From the NCBI RefSeq assembly GCF_009914755.1, contig NC_060932.1: DNA of 64,000 nt, one strand, 5' to 3'. Positions 15,801 through 29,212 of this stretch are shown here, piece after piece; position 1 is the stretch's first letter, and every line of letters begins with the position of its first letter. The stretch comes from the human T2T-CHM13v2.0 reference genome, Homo sapiens. Both the position numbers and the translations under genes were made by a program. The notes below the pieces were generated by a model, which was not told the DNA's origin, ran no database searches, and worked only from the letters and a program-made list of their open reading frames with translations.

Positions 15801-16108
15801 AAAGAGTGATGTAATGAGGATTGTAGTAGAGGAGTCTCACATTGTAGCACAATTCCAGGAATGCTTCAGTTGGGTGGTTTTGTGCTCTTGGAACATATCT
15901 GTGTCTTGGAGGAGCCATACTTTTCACTGGAATGGATCTGTCTTAGTCCCTCTACTGTGTTCAGACACTGATCAGGAAAAAGCTATGGAAAACATGGCCT
16001 TAGTGCTAATGCAATTGTGAATTCATACAGGCAGCAATAGGGACCATTGGACAATTACATTCCTCAGAAAGTAATGTCTGAGCAGCATATTTTCATAGCC
16101 ATCATTTA
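12860..16108 (-). mobile_element. Ancient ERVL provirus remnant (LTR16/ERV3-16A3-like): two LTR-like blocks (~12860-13225, ~15667-16108) with deleted internal region
   Basis: Both ends share LTR16-like blocks (...ACAAGATAGAATTAAAGATGCAAG / GCAAGACAGGATTAGACTTGTGAG; GAACCTTCAG; GAGTCTCACATTGTAGCACAATTC / GAGTTTCAGACTACATCATATTTC). Degraded ERVL-like internal sequence lies between. Boundaries approximate. Confidence 0.55.
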
Positions 16109-19100
16109 CCCTATTTCTACGTATAGATCTAAGTAAGCTACTCACGTAGGTTCCTGTTAGTAAAACCAATGAAGGAAATTCAGAATGTGCCAAATAGACA
16201 GAATATTGAGAAGCAGAAAAGCACCATGGGAAATAAACTTTACTCTTACATTGAGAAGTACGCATACCATTCCCATACTTTTGGCAAGACTCCCAAGGCC
16301 ACACCTACTCAGAGATAAAAAGAGAGAGAGAGAATTACACTGGACACATATTGGGTTCAAGGTACTGGTAGAAATCTGAAATACACGGTCAATATTCTAA
16401 TGAGAATTGGAAAAGTGGAAAGCAAGCTGGAGATATAATTCTGGAGAAGCAAATCCACTCCCTATCTTCTAGTGTAGATGCTTTGGCAGAATGCCTAGTA
16501 GATGTAAGGATTCAAAAGACTGATGTAAATACTGTGGGTGGGGGGCAGGGGGACAAAATTTGGCATAACCAATTTAATGTCATAAATTCTAATAAATTAA
16601 AAGTTGGCATGCAGAGAACAGTTTGCAAATAGAAAAATAACATGATACTTTGAATAAGATTATTTTTAGTCCCCAAAATTGTTTATGTATGGAATTCTAA
16701 AATAAACAATGTTTTGAGACACATTAGAAGCTGGGAAACAGGCTACATCCTTCAATAAACACATTTTCAAAGAAAATAGATACGGAAGCATCCCTTTTAA
16801 TTTCTTATTTTGACAAAAACATTTTAGTTAACCATAGGTAGAACATACTCAATATTTCTGTTTTAGAAAAACAGATAGAAAAACATGTACCATTGAAGAA
16901 GCATTTCATCACATGATAGAAAACATGTACCACTGAAGAATCATTTCATCACTCCTAAAACCGCAGACAAATCTAGATCAACACATTGTAATGCAGAATA
17001 AATTACTGTGGCCAAGAGACAAGTTTGGAAAAGTCATTGCAGCACTAGTAACATTAGCGAATTCTCTTTACAAAATACGCAAACACAACACAAATACAAA
17101 CACACACACACAACCACAAATATTCATATGTAAGTATACATATTAATATATATCTATTCATGAGAATTATTAATAAGATTTTTTGTTTGAAACCAGGACG
17201 TAAGTACATGAAAACCCTACAAAATATATGTAATGCAAAGGTTTTATGATAGAAAAGTCTCAAAAATATTTCAGTCCTGGAAATAGAGCAAATAGGGCAT
17301 TTGAAATTTTCAGGTATGTAAATGAAAATAGACAAGCTTAAAGGGTGAAAAAAGAAAGCCAGTTAAAAGCATCTTCTCAAACATTCTAGGGTGCCCTAGG
17401 ATGAACCATTTAGAAAGCCAAGATCAGAGCAGATCTGTGAATATAGATCAACTTTTATCAAAGGCAACTGCTTGGTCTGCAAGTGGAACAAAAGGCACAG
17501 TTTAACAAATGCAGAAATAATGAGGGTTTCAGATTTCTAACCTAGGCACCAAAAGATACTCTAGTCTAAAATTTCAAAGCATGGGAGTTCACAACTGAAA
17601 CTGCACCATTGCCACATAGAATTTCTGCATACCATTTGGCAGGATTTGTAAAAGCAAAAATTTCAGTCACTGCCTCTCTACATTTCTATAATGAGAAGAA
17701 AATGTATGCTAGATCAAACCTACAAGAAATTTGCAAATTCTAGTCTTTATGTTGCTTGACCAAGGAAGGGTGTTTATTCCATGGAAAATTAAACTCATTA
17801 CTTATCTTGGGGATTCTCAAGATTAACTAAAGTTTGAAACGCTGGCACACGTCACCAATGACCATTTCAAAGTTTCAGATTTGAAGCTGTAATTTGGTTG
17901 ATGCTAATGCATTACAATGGGATGTAAAAGTTAAATAAGTAAATAAAAGTAAAGCTGTCTTTTTTTCTTTGTATGATCCCCAAGGTAATTTTACCATCTT
18001 CCTTATTCATACTGGTTAGGAGCATGGGAAATGGAATGAAATCGACATCTTCGTGGATGGGTATGCTTGATCTTCCCCTTGTTATCTAGAAGACTTAATC
18101 CATGTAAATCTGTTTCCACTTGTTACAATTGAGAATACTATTTTTTACCTACAGTGTAGGACTACTGTGACATTAACATGTGACCTTTCAACTAAACTAC
18201 TGTGGCTTACTGTATGCTTTTTAAAAATGTAGTCATCATGATTGCATTAATACAATTACATTAAGTATATAGCAATTTGAAAGTTCAAATAATCATATAA
18301 TGACTTCCACATTAAATAATTATGCATTTTCTAGAGTATATCCCTTTTGAAGGTGTCTCTTGGCTGCTAAAATGGCTGGACCTTTCAAAACATACAAAGC
18401 TATACTTACTCAATATTAATATGAATAAAATCTTGTAAAGATGTGAATTTGGGGTCAATGAATCTAAATGTTAAAGAAGCACTGCAGATATTTTGATATA
18501 GACTGCGTTGGGATAATAGTTATAAAAGAGTTTACTGAAAAATTTACCTAAAGTACAATAATTGGTGTTCCAATGTAAACAATAATACATTTGAACAAAT
18601 AAACCCAAAGTGTTTGTTCTACTTAAAACATGGAAATATAGATGGTAGAACAATTTAAATTATATATTCTAATTTCTGAATATATTGATTTTATTTTTAT
18701 CTCCCTTTTCACTTCTATGTCTTCCATCATGTGTTTTTAACCAACACATTTAATTTGTTCTCAAGAATTTTACTTTCTTTTACTTGATCTTTCCATCATC
18801 ACACACAGGGAACAATGTGCTTAAGTCTAGATTGTATATTAGAATTTATGATTGTTATTCAATTTTATTTCAGCCTATATATTATAAAGTGTGAACAAAT
18901 GCCTGCACAAACATTTTAAAAATACATTTTTAAAAAGAAATTTTGATAGAAAACACTTGAATTCAAATGGCAAATAAATTCACAATAAATTTAATGGTAA
19001 ATATTATTAAATGCCTCATTTTCTACTACTTTATAGAATAATATTAAATTTTTGAATTATTTTTCCATCTTATATTTTTGTAAGTTTAGTTTGATAATGT

Positions 19101-19197
19101 TGCTTGAGAAGAAGTTGGCTGGAATACACACACACATGCACACACACATATTTGTGTATATATATGTTTGTGTGTATGTGTGTTATGTATGCATATA

Positions 19198-19524
19198 CAG
19201 AGATAATTCCTGACTTACAATGGTTTGTCTTACAATTTTTCAACTTTACAATGGTACCCTTACAACCATTGTTTTTTACTGTCAGTACAATATTCAAAAA
19301 ATTACATAAGATTCAATAATACATTATAAAATAGGCTTTTTGTTAGATGATTTTGCCCAACAATAAACTAATACAAATATTTTGAGCACATTTAAAGTTG
19401 GCTGAATTAAGAAGCTATGTTGTTCAGTAGGCTAGGTGTATTAAATGCACTTCTGATTTAAAATATTTTCAATTTACAATGGGTTTATCAGGACATAATC
19501 CTATAATAAGTCAAAAAGCATCTG
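19198..19524 (-). mobile_element. MER47A (TcMar-Tigger MITE)
   Basis: Terminal inverted repeats CAG..GACTTACAATGG / ATAAGTCAAAAAGCATCTG flanked by TA; internal GATGATTTTGCCCAAC and GGCTAGGTGTATTAAATGCA match MER47A. Confidence 0.85.
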
Positions 19525-20167
19525 TATTCCTTCTCTCCATTGCTCAGAATCCTCCTCCTCCTCCCATCTTCTTCCTCTTTCTCCTTCTTTGCAAACAATG
19601 TCTAAAGCTTATAACTCTACTTAGTGGAAGATTTAGAGAGAAATGTGTCTACTCCATATCATCTTTGACTAAAGGACTTTGAAATAAGAAAATGCTCTAA
19701 ATTGCCAATAAAAATACACAGCACAGTTATAAATGAGCATACACTTTTGTCTATCTAGTGATATGTTCATTAACATTGAACAAACAGCAGTGTGGGATTT
19801 AACAAAAAAGAAAAGAAATACTACCACAATGACCTATTTTAAAATATCAACATGATACTATGTCAGTAAGACTGAGTCCAGCATAGCACTGGTTCTACCT
19901 AGATTTAACTTCCAAACATCAGCAATAGAAACAATATCATTCTTCCATCCAATATAATGAGACTATCCCTCACAAAAATTAAGATATTTAACAATCTCAT
20001 ACAAAGTTCATTCATTTACAACACTCATTTTTGGCCTACTTTTTTGTAATGCTACCGTCTTTTATTTATTTTTTTCCATGTAAGCTGCAAGTACTAAACT
20101 GTGCCCCCAGAGAAGATTCTGTCTTTCAGACATACTCTTCTAATTCCCCTTTGTGGCTACAACACTA

Positions 20168-20497
<330 letters not shown>

Positions 20498-21476
20498 CAC
20501 AACACTATTTTTAATTGCTATTCAGGATCAGTCATCTCAGCCATTATGGTGGCTCCTTCCTTGCCTATTGATTTAGTGGGATGAGGAGTCCAAATGAGCC
20601 AGGTGGCAGTCTCTGGATCCAGTGTATTGAACATATTGCTGTATCTTCTTGATAACTGGCATCTGTAACTGTAAGAGTCCCAAATTCTAGGGAGTGGAAT
20701 TAAACCTATAGAAATGTTCCCTAGATCTATATCCATCTATGGCCACTGTCACTGTAGAATCTCTCCTCACCTCCCACCAAGATTACTGAGACAGGCCCTA
20801 ATATTCATTTCTTTTTCTGTTTTTCTTATCAAATTAATCTTCCATAGAACATCTACTGATATATTAAACACACATACACGTGCGTGCACACACACACACA
20901 CACATTACTCCTCTGAACAAAACCCTTCAATAATTTTCCATGATGTCATGGAAAATTTCCACACTTATTAGAAGCTGTGGCACATTTGATACTTACCAGA
21001 CCAGCATCTTGACCTCCTCCTTTGGGGGGTATCAGCCTTTTCATTCTTTAGAGGAAGTTTCTGCTCATCTCCATATGATTCTAGTAAACATCATCAATTC
21101 CTTTATGCTCAGAGAGGTTTGCTATATAAGAGAGAAACTGAACCAATCATATCGCTCCCCTGTTTGGCCTCAAAGACATATCCAGATATTGTCAAATGAC
21201 CCGAGTAGAGCCAATCAGTGCTCCTGCATAAAATGTTACTAACTGAACTCTCTGGGGAACACTGTCCTGCCTCTTGTATCATGCAGATGAAAAAAAGTGA
21301 ATACTTGTAGTCTTGATTTTATTATCTGATGTAACCATTCTGTTTTTTAAAAACAGTAAATCAAAATTCAAGAAATAATAGAGAAGAAAAAGAATTCCGC
21401 CCTTGGCTCTATACATACTTATGCCATTGTCTTTCTCATTGTTTGGATGAGAGCAAATGACTCATATGAATTGAGT

Positions 21477-22821
21477 CAATTCAATTCAGTTTAAGTCAGT
21501 TTTGTTGAGTTCACATCATTTCAACAGCACATATTGAACATTTACTATGAGGCATACAGTTTGTAGGCACAACAGGAGATAACAAATATAATGAATTATC
21601 TATACACAAATACTAACTTTGGTGAAGCATGTAGGAATAGAGTACACACTTTTGCATCTGCATCTCAAAGTTCAGTTTATATGCAAACATGCATATACAT
21701 ATATATGTATATATACATTGTTGTATGATTTCTGTTCTCATTAAAATCTTTGTGAAAATAAAGAAAACAACTTGAAACTGAGAAGTTTCTTTGTACTTAA
21801 GATTGTTTGATTTTAAATTCTTATCATAGTATAAAAAAACCAAAACCAAACAACAAAACCACCTGATTAATACCACAATGCAAAAGAAAGTTAGTGATCT
21901 AGATATGCAGTTTCGTGTTTACCAAGTTTATGTATCTTTTCCTTCTGTGGGATGTTTTTTCTGTTCCCTTTATCCTCTTATCTTGATCCCACATGCATTT
22001 CTTTTAAGAATGTGCTCAAGTGTCATCTTTCCATAATCTTTCCCCCCTCTCTCTCTCCAGGCAGATTTCCTGTGCATATTTCCAACACTATCCTTACCAT
22101 AATATATTATGATTTATTCCCTTTTATGTATGGACCTCTCATACTTACTTACATATCATCCTTTGCGGATCTTGGAAGGAAAGGGCCATCTCATTTGTTT
22201 TTCTATCTACTAGGAAACTATTTTACACAAAGTAATTGTTCAATATCTGTTTGTTGAATAAATTAATAAATGAAGGAAAGTGAGGTACACCATGTTTATA
22301 GAAAAATATACTTTTTCATATTTTTCTAAGGCAGTATTTAATTTTTCCATTTATTAGTCGATTTTTAATATGTAAAATTTTTAGCGTAATTTGTTCACAC
22401 ATTAAATATTAACTTAAAAAAGAAATTAACCATCATGTATATCTGTGGTAGTGTATTAATTCAGGTACCTGACCCACACTTTTTTCACTTTTATTTCTTT
22501 CTGCATATTAATATTTGTAAAAAATTATAAATGACTAACAATAAAATATATTTGCCAATGTGAGGGTCATAGCACAAAGACCAAATGCTAACTCACAGGG
22601 CCAATTGCTTAGAAGCAATTCAATTCTATTCAGTTGTAATCAACTTCGTTCTATTTCACGTCATCTCAACAGCATATTTTGAACATTTACTACAAGGAAT
22701 ATAGTTAGTTAAGCACAACAGGAGACATAAATATAATGAATTATCTGTAGACAAATACTAACTTTGGTGAAACGTAGGGATAGAGATCACACTTTTGGAT
22801 CTGTGTCTCAAAGTTCAGTTT
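21477..22821 (+). repeat. Pair of diverged ~200-bp direct repeats (21477-21678 and 22616-22821)
   Basis: Both read CAATTCAATTC...TGAACATTTACTA...GCACAACAGGAGA...ATATAATGAATTATCT...ACAAATACTAACTTTGGTGAA...CACACTTTTG.ATCTG..TCTCAAAGTTCAGTTT. Confidence 0.9.
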
Positions 22822-23829
22822 TGAAATACTTGCCCTTCCTAGATCAACATATTTCAAATAGATCATTAGTAAGTTCAACCAATAACTGGTCAAGGTTTAT
22901 AAGATTTGAAATCGTGCAATGCAGTACATTGATGATTTTAATATATGTAAGCAAACTATTACAATTGTGACAAAGCAAATTGAGCAATGACTTTTACATT
23001 AATATGTACTCATTTGTAGCTGCCTCCAACTGTTTTGGCAAGACTTTCAAATGTTTTCTTGCTCCATCATCTTCCAGCAAGAAAGCCAATAACTGTGGCC
23101 AAGGCAATATTTTTGGCAGTGGTAGTGCCCAGATGACAACCTCTGGAGTACGTCTCCTCAGCAGTAGCAGTGACATCTGGATTACTTTATCCACTTGAGA
23201 CTATCTTGGCTCACTTCCACATGTACAGCTGTGGAACCATCTCCAGTGCTATCTTCAAGTTGGAAAGCAGTATTGTGAGACAAAGATATTTCTATGATGT
23301 CCTCTGATTATGAGACTATTCCCAGTGCATGTATGTATGTGAATGCATAATTGTGTGTTTGTCCTTTATAGGTAGGGTTTAGACCATAGTTTGTTCAAAA
23401 AAATAAAAATATAAAATACACTCAAAACTTTTAATGCATTTATATTATGCCCCTATATACAGATATATGTGTATGTGTTTGTATACATACATGCATAACT
23501 TTTGAGTCAATGATTTAGATAATCATTATTTGAGAGCTTTTGTCTACTATAGGATATAATTATTGTCTTTATGAATTCATTTGGTACATAGATACAATGT
23601 ATTTACTGGCAAACTCTAGATACTTTGAGGAACAAACAAGTGAAGATGCAGATTATTTAGACATATTATAGCTACTATTGAGATGATAGTCTTGCCACTG
23701 GAAAAAGGCATAAGAAATTCAAAAGAACTGGTAAACAAAACAGCACTTCAAAACATCCATTATGCAAAAGCCTTGAGCTACAACATCTATTTTTAATTAC
23801 AATTACAGTTCCCATTTATCTATCAAGAA

Positions 23830-23995
23830 TTGTGCTAGTCATTATACATAATTTATCTTATTTAATTCTCACAACAACCCTGTAGAGTAGATATTATTTC
23901 CTTTTGTGGATGAGAAAAATGAAGCTCAGAGGTATCAACACAACTCATAATTGGTGAAGTTGAATTCCAAACCCACATCTGTCTGCTTCCCAAGG
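23830..23995 (-). mobile_element. MIR SINE
   Basis: TTTAATTCTCACAACAACCCTGTAGAGTAG...GATGAGAAAAATGAAGCTCAGAGG MIR core. Confidence 0.75.
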
Positions 23996-25344
23996 TCACA
24001 ACTGTGTTTCCTTACCTACGAATACAGGAGCTTGCAGTCAATACATTTTCTGAAATATATCCTATTTTAAACATTCAATCTGTAGAAATACAAAAGCAAG
24101 AATTACGGAAGGATTTCCAATCAAAGTAAACTCTTAAAGTGTAATAGAGAAAAATAGGGACAAGAGTTTCCAGGTAAAAACATTTCCCACTGATAAGCAA
24201 ACAAGAAGTTAACAAGGCAGGTTAGCAAGGTAATTGGCTAGTCAGAAACCACAGGGCCCAAACACACATTTTGATACCTGTATTCATTGAATGACACCCT
24301 CTGGACTATCCCTTTTTTGTAGTAGTATTCTATTATAAAGTTTTTAATTTCTGACAACTATTGTTATCAGATCTAGTATTCCTTTTTTTCCCCTCATTTT
24401 GCAACTATTCCCAGCGAAAATGTGAGTACCCTGCTTCACAAATTCCAATAGAGTCATGTGTGAAGTTGTTTCACTCTCCCTTTTATGCAAGTCACTTTTC
24501 ATTTGCTCTCGGTTTCTAAAATTTATTTCTGATAGAGAGACTTCACTTATAACACTGAGGAAAAATTGGTGATATACATTATTGGATAGTTTTTACTAGC
24601 CCAACTAACAAATAATAATCCCTAAAATTACACAAAAACAGTTTTCTGTTTTAAACAAAAATATTAAAAGACCTAGATTTTTAAGATGATATACAATGAT
24701 ATAGCTTTGAGTCAATTTGTGTCAAAATGGAAAGTAATACATAAAATCAATACAAATTAGACTAACAGACCATCTCAGCATTGAATTCAGTATTACAGGG
24801 AGTTTACAAGCACGTGCCTTTATTTTACTGTCTGTGTTCTCAAGGTCTCACATTTACCCGTCTAGAATTTGCTCATTAAGGCCCTGTCCAGTCTCTCCTG
24901 AGTGTCTGTGTAGCCTCGTCTATGCTGTAACCTTCCAGTTTAGGATTCCATCAAGGCTGGCTTTGACTGTCTTATTCTCCAGGTTTCTCTGTTAAATTTC
25001 TAGCTGATCTGCTAATCTATTGCTTACCCTGATCATTTGCTGCTAAGATCTCTATTGGTTTTGGCAATACCCCAGGTCATGTCATTTTTAGCATCCTTCT
25101 CCAAATAAAGTGAGTCTCCTTCTGCTTTCTTGGTACCACTTGTGTCATGGATCTGGATCTGGGGGTTGGGGATGGTTGAGAGTAGACTCAGACTAAAAAG
25201 TCACAGACTCCCACTGTTCTTATTGAGGCTCAGTTTTCTTGAAGAAATACTTCACATTTTGCTACACAACTTTGATCAATTTCAGACTCTTTAAATGGCT
25301 ATTTTTGATAATTTTAGATGATTTAAATTTCATTTTGAAGAAAG

Positions 25345-25900
25345 TGAGAGGTGAAGCCAGCTGGACTTCTTGGTCAGGTGGGGACTTGGAGAACTTTTCT
25401 GTCTTATAAGAGGATTGTAAAATGCACCAATCAGCACTCTGTAGCTAGGATTGTAAAACGCATCAATCAGCACCCTGTGGCTAGTGAGAGGTTTGTAAAA
25501 TGTGCCAATCGGCACTCTGTAAAAATGCAACAATCAGTGCTCTGTGGCTAGCTAGAGGTTTGTAAAATGGACCAATCAGCACCCAGTAAAATGGGCCAAT
25601 CACTGCTCTGTAAAATAGACCAATCAGCACTCGGTAAAATGGACCAATCAGCAGGATATGTGTGGGGACAAATAAGGGAATAAAAGCTGGCCACCCCAGC
25701 CCGCAGCGGCAACCCTCTTGGGTCCACTTCAATGCTGTGGAAGCTTTGTTCTTTTGCTCTTCACAATAAATCTTGCTGCTGCTCACTCTTTGGGTCCATG
25801 CCATCTTTAAGAGCTGTAACACTCACCGCGAAGGTCCGGGGCTCCATTCTTGAAGTCAGCAAGACCATGAACCCACCAGAAGGAACCAACTCTGGACATA
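25345..25900 (+). mobile_element. LTR12 (5' LTR of HERV9)
   Basis: Starts TGAGAGGTGAAGCCAGCTGG; tandem ACCAATCAGCACTCTGTA units; AATAAAAG TATA-like box; ends GAAGGAACCAACTCTGGACATA. Confidence 0.93.
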
Positions 25901-28900
25901 TCTTGGCAACCCAGATGGGACTATCTCCAAGCAGTGAGTACCACTGGACCCCTTTCACTTGCTATTCTGTCCTATTTTTCCTTAGAATTTGGGGGCTAAA
26001 CACTGGGCACCCGTCGGCCAGTTAAAAGTGACTAGTGCAATCGCCGGACTAAAGACACAGGTGTCAGGCTTTCTGGGAAAGGGCTGTCTAACAACCCTCG
26101 ACTCTTCAAAATTGAGAGCATTGGTTTGTCTGGAACCAGCTTCCACTTTTTCTGTACTTCTGGGCTGAGATGAGGATTGACAGAGAGGAAAGCCATTCAG
26201 CTCTGCAGTCCCAACAAAGAGTTGGTTGACCCTGCAGCCATGAGCAGAACTCTCAAAGTCATGTCGCCCAAGTGAGACTCACCCATCTATCCTATCTATC
26301 CTGACCCTTGCCTCCTGGGTCCTAACGCCTGTCAGACAAACTTCCTCCCACCTGTCTTCTCCGAGGCTAGTCCCACTTCTAAAAACCACTCCCTGTTTCT
26401 GGTGCTTTTCTAGTTTCTCCTATAAGAATGATTTCTAGTATAAATTTCGGGACCCTGTTCCTTTCTTTAGGCAGCCAGGCTCACCAATTAGAAAGACATA
26501 ATTTTTGCCCAAAACCCCAGTTTGGAGGGGACTATCTGGAATTTTAGGATCCCTACTCAGACTAGCAGGCCTAACAAAGGCTATTTCCGAAGCTAGGATA
26601 TGGGGAGCTCCAGAAATGATATCCTTCCTATTTGTATGATGAGAAGTGAGGACAAGAGGCATCACTCTTCCAACCCTGGAGATCCCTTCCCTCCCTCAGG
26701 GTATGGCCCTCCACTCCATTTTTGAGGCATATCATCTTTATACAACAGGGGTAAAGTCCCAATACTAACAGGAGAAAATGCTTAGGACTCTAACAGGTTT
26801 TTGAGAATGCATCAGTGAGGGCCACTAAATCCAACCTTTCTTGGTCCTCCTTGTTGTCTAGGAGGAAAACTAGTGTTTCTGCTGCTGTGTCAGTGAGCGC
26901 AACTATTCCAATCAGCAGGGTCCAGGGACCGTTGCGGGTTCTTGGGCAAGGGGGGAACAACAAACAAACCAAAACCATGGACAATTTTTTTCTTTCACAT
27001 GGGAAACACTTAGTCATCAACGGGCTCACCCTTGAAATGCATCCTAAGCAATTGGGACCAATTTGACCAGCAAACCCTGAAAAAGAGGCAGCTCACTTTT
27101 TTCTGCACTACAGCCTGGCCCCAATATTCTCTCTGATGGGGAAAAATGGCCACCTGAGGGAAGTATAAATTATAATACTATCCTGCAGCTTGACCTTTTC
27201 TGTAAGAGGTAAGGCAAATGGGGTGAAATACCCTATGTCCAAGCTTTCTTTTCATTGAAGGAGAATCCACAACTATGCAAAGCTTGCAATTTACATCCCA
27301 CAAGAGGACCTCTCAGCTTACCTCCATATCCTAGCCTCCCTATAGCTCCCCTTCCTATTAATGATAAGCCTCCTCTAATCTCCCTCACCCAGAAGGAAAC
27401 AAGCAAAGAAATCTCCAAAGGACCACAAAAACTCCTGGGCTGTCAGTTATGTCCCCTTCAAGCTGTAGAGGGAGGAGAATTTGGCCCAACTCGGGTACAT
27501 ATCCCCTTCTCCCTCTCTGATTTAAAACAGATCAAGGTAGATCTGGGAAAGTTTTCAGATGATCCTGATAGGTATATAGATGCTCTACAGGGTCTAGGGC
27601 AAACCTTCGACCTCACTTGGAGATATGTCATGCTATTGTTAGATCAAACCCTGGCCTTTAATGAAAAGAATGCAGCTTTAGTTGCAGCCCGAGAGTTTGG
27701 AGATACCTGGAAAGGAACAAATTCCCTACCAGTCAGCAAGCCATCCCCATTATGGATCCCCACTGGGACCTCGACTCAGATGATGGGAACTGGAGTTGCA
27801 AACATCTGTTGACCTGTGTTCTAGAAGGACTAAGGAGAATTAGGAAAAAGCCCAGGAATTATTCAATGATGTCCACCAAAACTCAGGGAAAGGAAGAAAA
27901 TCCTTCTGCCTTCCTCAAGCAGCTACGGGAGGCCTTAAGAAAATATACTCCCCTGTAACCCGACTCCCTCAAGAGTCAATTGATCCTCAAAGATAAGTTT
28001 ATTACCCAATAAGCTGCAGATATCAGGAAAAAGATCCAAAAGCAATCCTTGGGCCCTGAACAAAATCTGGAGGCATTATTAAACCTGGAAATCTCAGTGC
28101 TCTATAATAGGGACCAAGTGGAACAGGCCAAAAAGGAAAAGTGAGATCAGAGAAAGGCCACAGCCTTAGTCATGGCCCTCAGACAAACAAACTTTGGTGG
28201 TTCAGAGAAGACAGAAAATGGAACAGGCCAATCACCCAGTGGGGCTGGTTATCAGTGTGGTTTGCAAGGACACTTTAAAAAATTGTCCAAAAAGACATAA
28301 GCTGCCCCCTCGCCCATGTCCATTATGCTGAGGCAATCACTGGAAGGCCCACTGCCCCAGAGGACAAAGCCTCTCTTGGCCAGAAGCCCCAAACCAGATG
28401 ATCCAAAAACAGGACTGAGGGTGCCCGGGGCAAGCACCAGCTCATGTCATCACCCTCACTGAGCCCTGGGTACATTTAACCATTGAGGGCCAGGAAATTG
28501 ACTTCCTCCTGGACACTGGTGCAGCTTTCTCAGTGTTAATCTCCTGCCCCGATGGCTGTCCTCAAAGTACGTTACCATCCGAGGAATCCTGGGACAGCCT
28601 GTAACCAGGTATTTCTCCCACTTCCTCAGTTGTAATTGGGAGACTTTGCTCTTTTCACATGCCTTTCTTGTTATGCCTAAAATTCCCACACCCTTATTAG
28701 GGAGGGACATATTAGCCAGAGCTGATCTACATGAATATGAGGAAAAAGTTACCCATTTGTTATCCCCTACTTCAGGAGGGAATCAACCCTGAAGTCTGGG
28801 CATTGAAAGGACAACTCGGAAGGGCAAAAAAATGCCCACCCAGTCCAAATCAGGCTAAAAGATCCCACCACTTTTCCTTATTGAAGGCAATATCCCTTAA

Positions 28901-29212
28901 GGCCTGAAGATCATAAAGGATTACAGGACATTGTTAGACATTTAAAAGCTCAAGGCTTAGTAAGAAAATGCAGCAATCCCTGCAACACCCCCATTCTAGG
29001 AGTATAAAAACTAAATGGTCAGTGGAGACTAGTGCAAGATCTTAGACTCATCAATGAGGCAGTAATTCCTCTATATCCAGTTGTACCCAACCCCTATACC
29101 CTGCTCTCTCAAATACCAGAGGAAGCAGAATGGTTCACTGGTCTGGACCTCAAGGATGCCTTCTTCTGCATTCCCCTGCACTCTGACGCCCAGTTTCTCT
29201 TGCCTTTGAGGA
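25901..29212 (+). mobile_element. HERV9 internal region (leader, gag, pro, 5' RT), disrupted and 3'-truncated
   Basis: gag ATG GGA AAC ACT at 26999; CA-like [14 protein letters not shown] and QGKEENPSAFL; zinc-knuckle remnant QCGLQGHFKK ~28250; protease LLDTGAAFSV ~28505; RT WRLVQDLRLINEAV...DLKDAFFCIPL. Many stops and frameshifts; ends abruptly at GCCTTTGAGGA. Confidence 0.93.
25904..25921 (+). promoter_or_regulatory. Retroviral primer-binding site, tRNA-Arg
   Basis: TGGCAACCCAGATGGGAC is one CpG-type mismatch from TGGCGACCCAGATGGGAC, the complement of the recalled tRNA-Arg(CCG) 3' end. Confidence 0.75.

Noticed and set aside
16590-17900. Possible very old L1 fragments here and at ~24770-25320, 29230-29720, 58990-60320
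   Set aside because: Composition is suggestive but too degraded to assign family, strand or boundaries by eye.
22980-23280. GC-richer island with ORFs on both strands and a hydrophobic stretch (KNIALATVIGFLAG) in a third frame
   Set aside because: I could not match it to any protein family, it has in-frame stops, and there is no poly(A)/TSD or convincing splice pair. A tBLASTx or Dfam search would settle it.
25400-25655. Regularly spaced direct repeats resembling a CRISPR-like array
   Set aside because: Normal LTR12 U3 CCAAT tandem units with no unique spacers, in a eukaryotic context.
27255-27812. Longest ORF in the window (185 aa)
   Set aside because: Internal fragment of HERV9 gag between stops and frameshifts, starting at a non-ATG codon; the upstream gag frame is broken.
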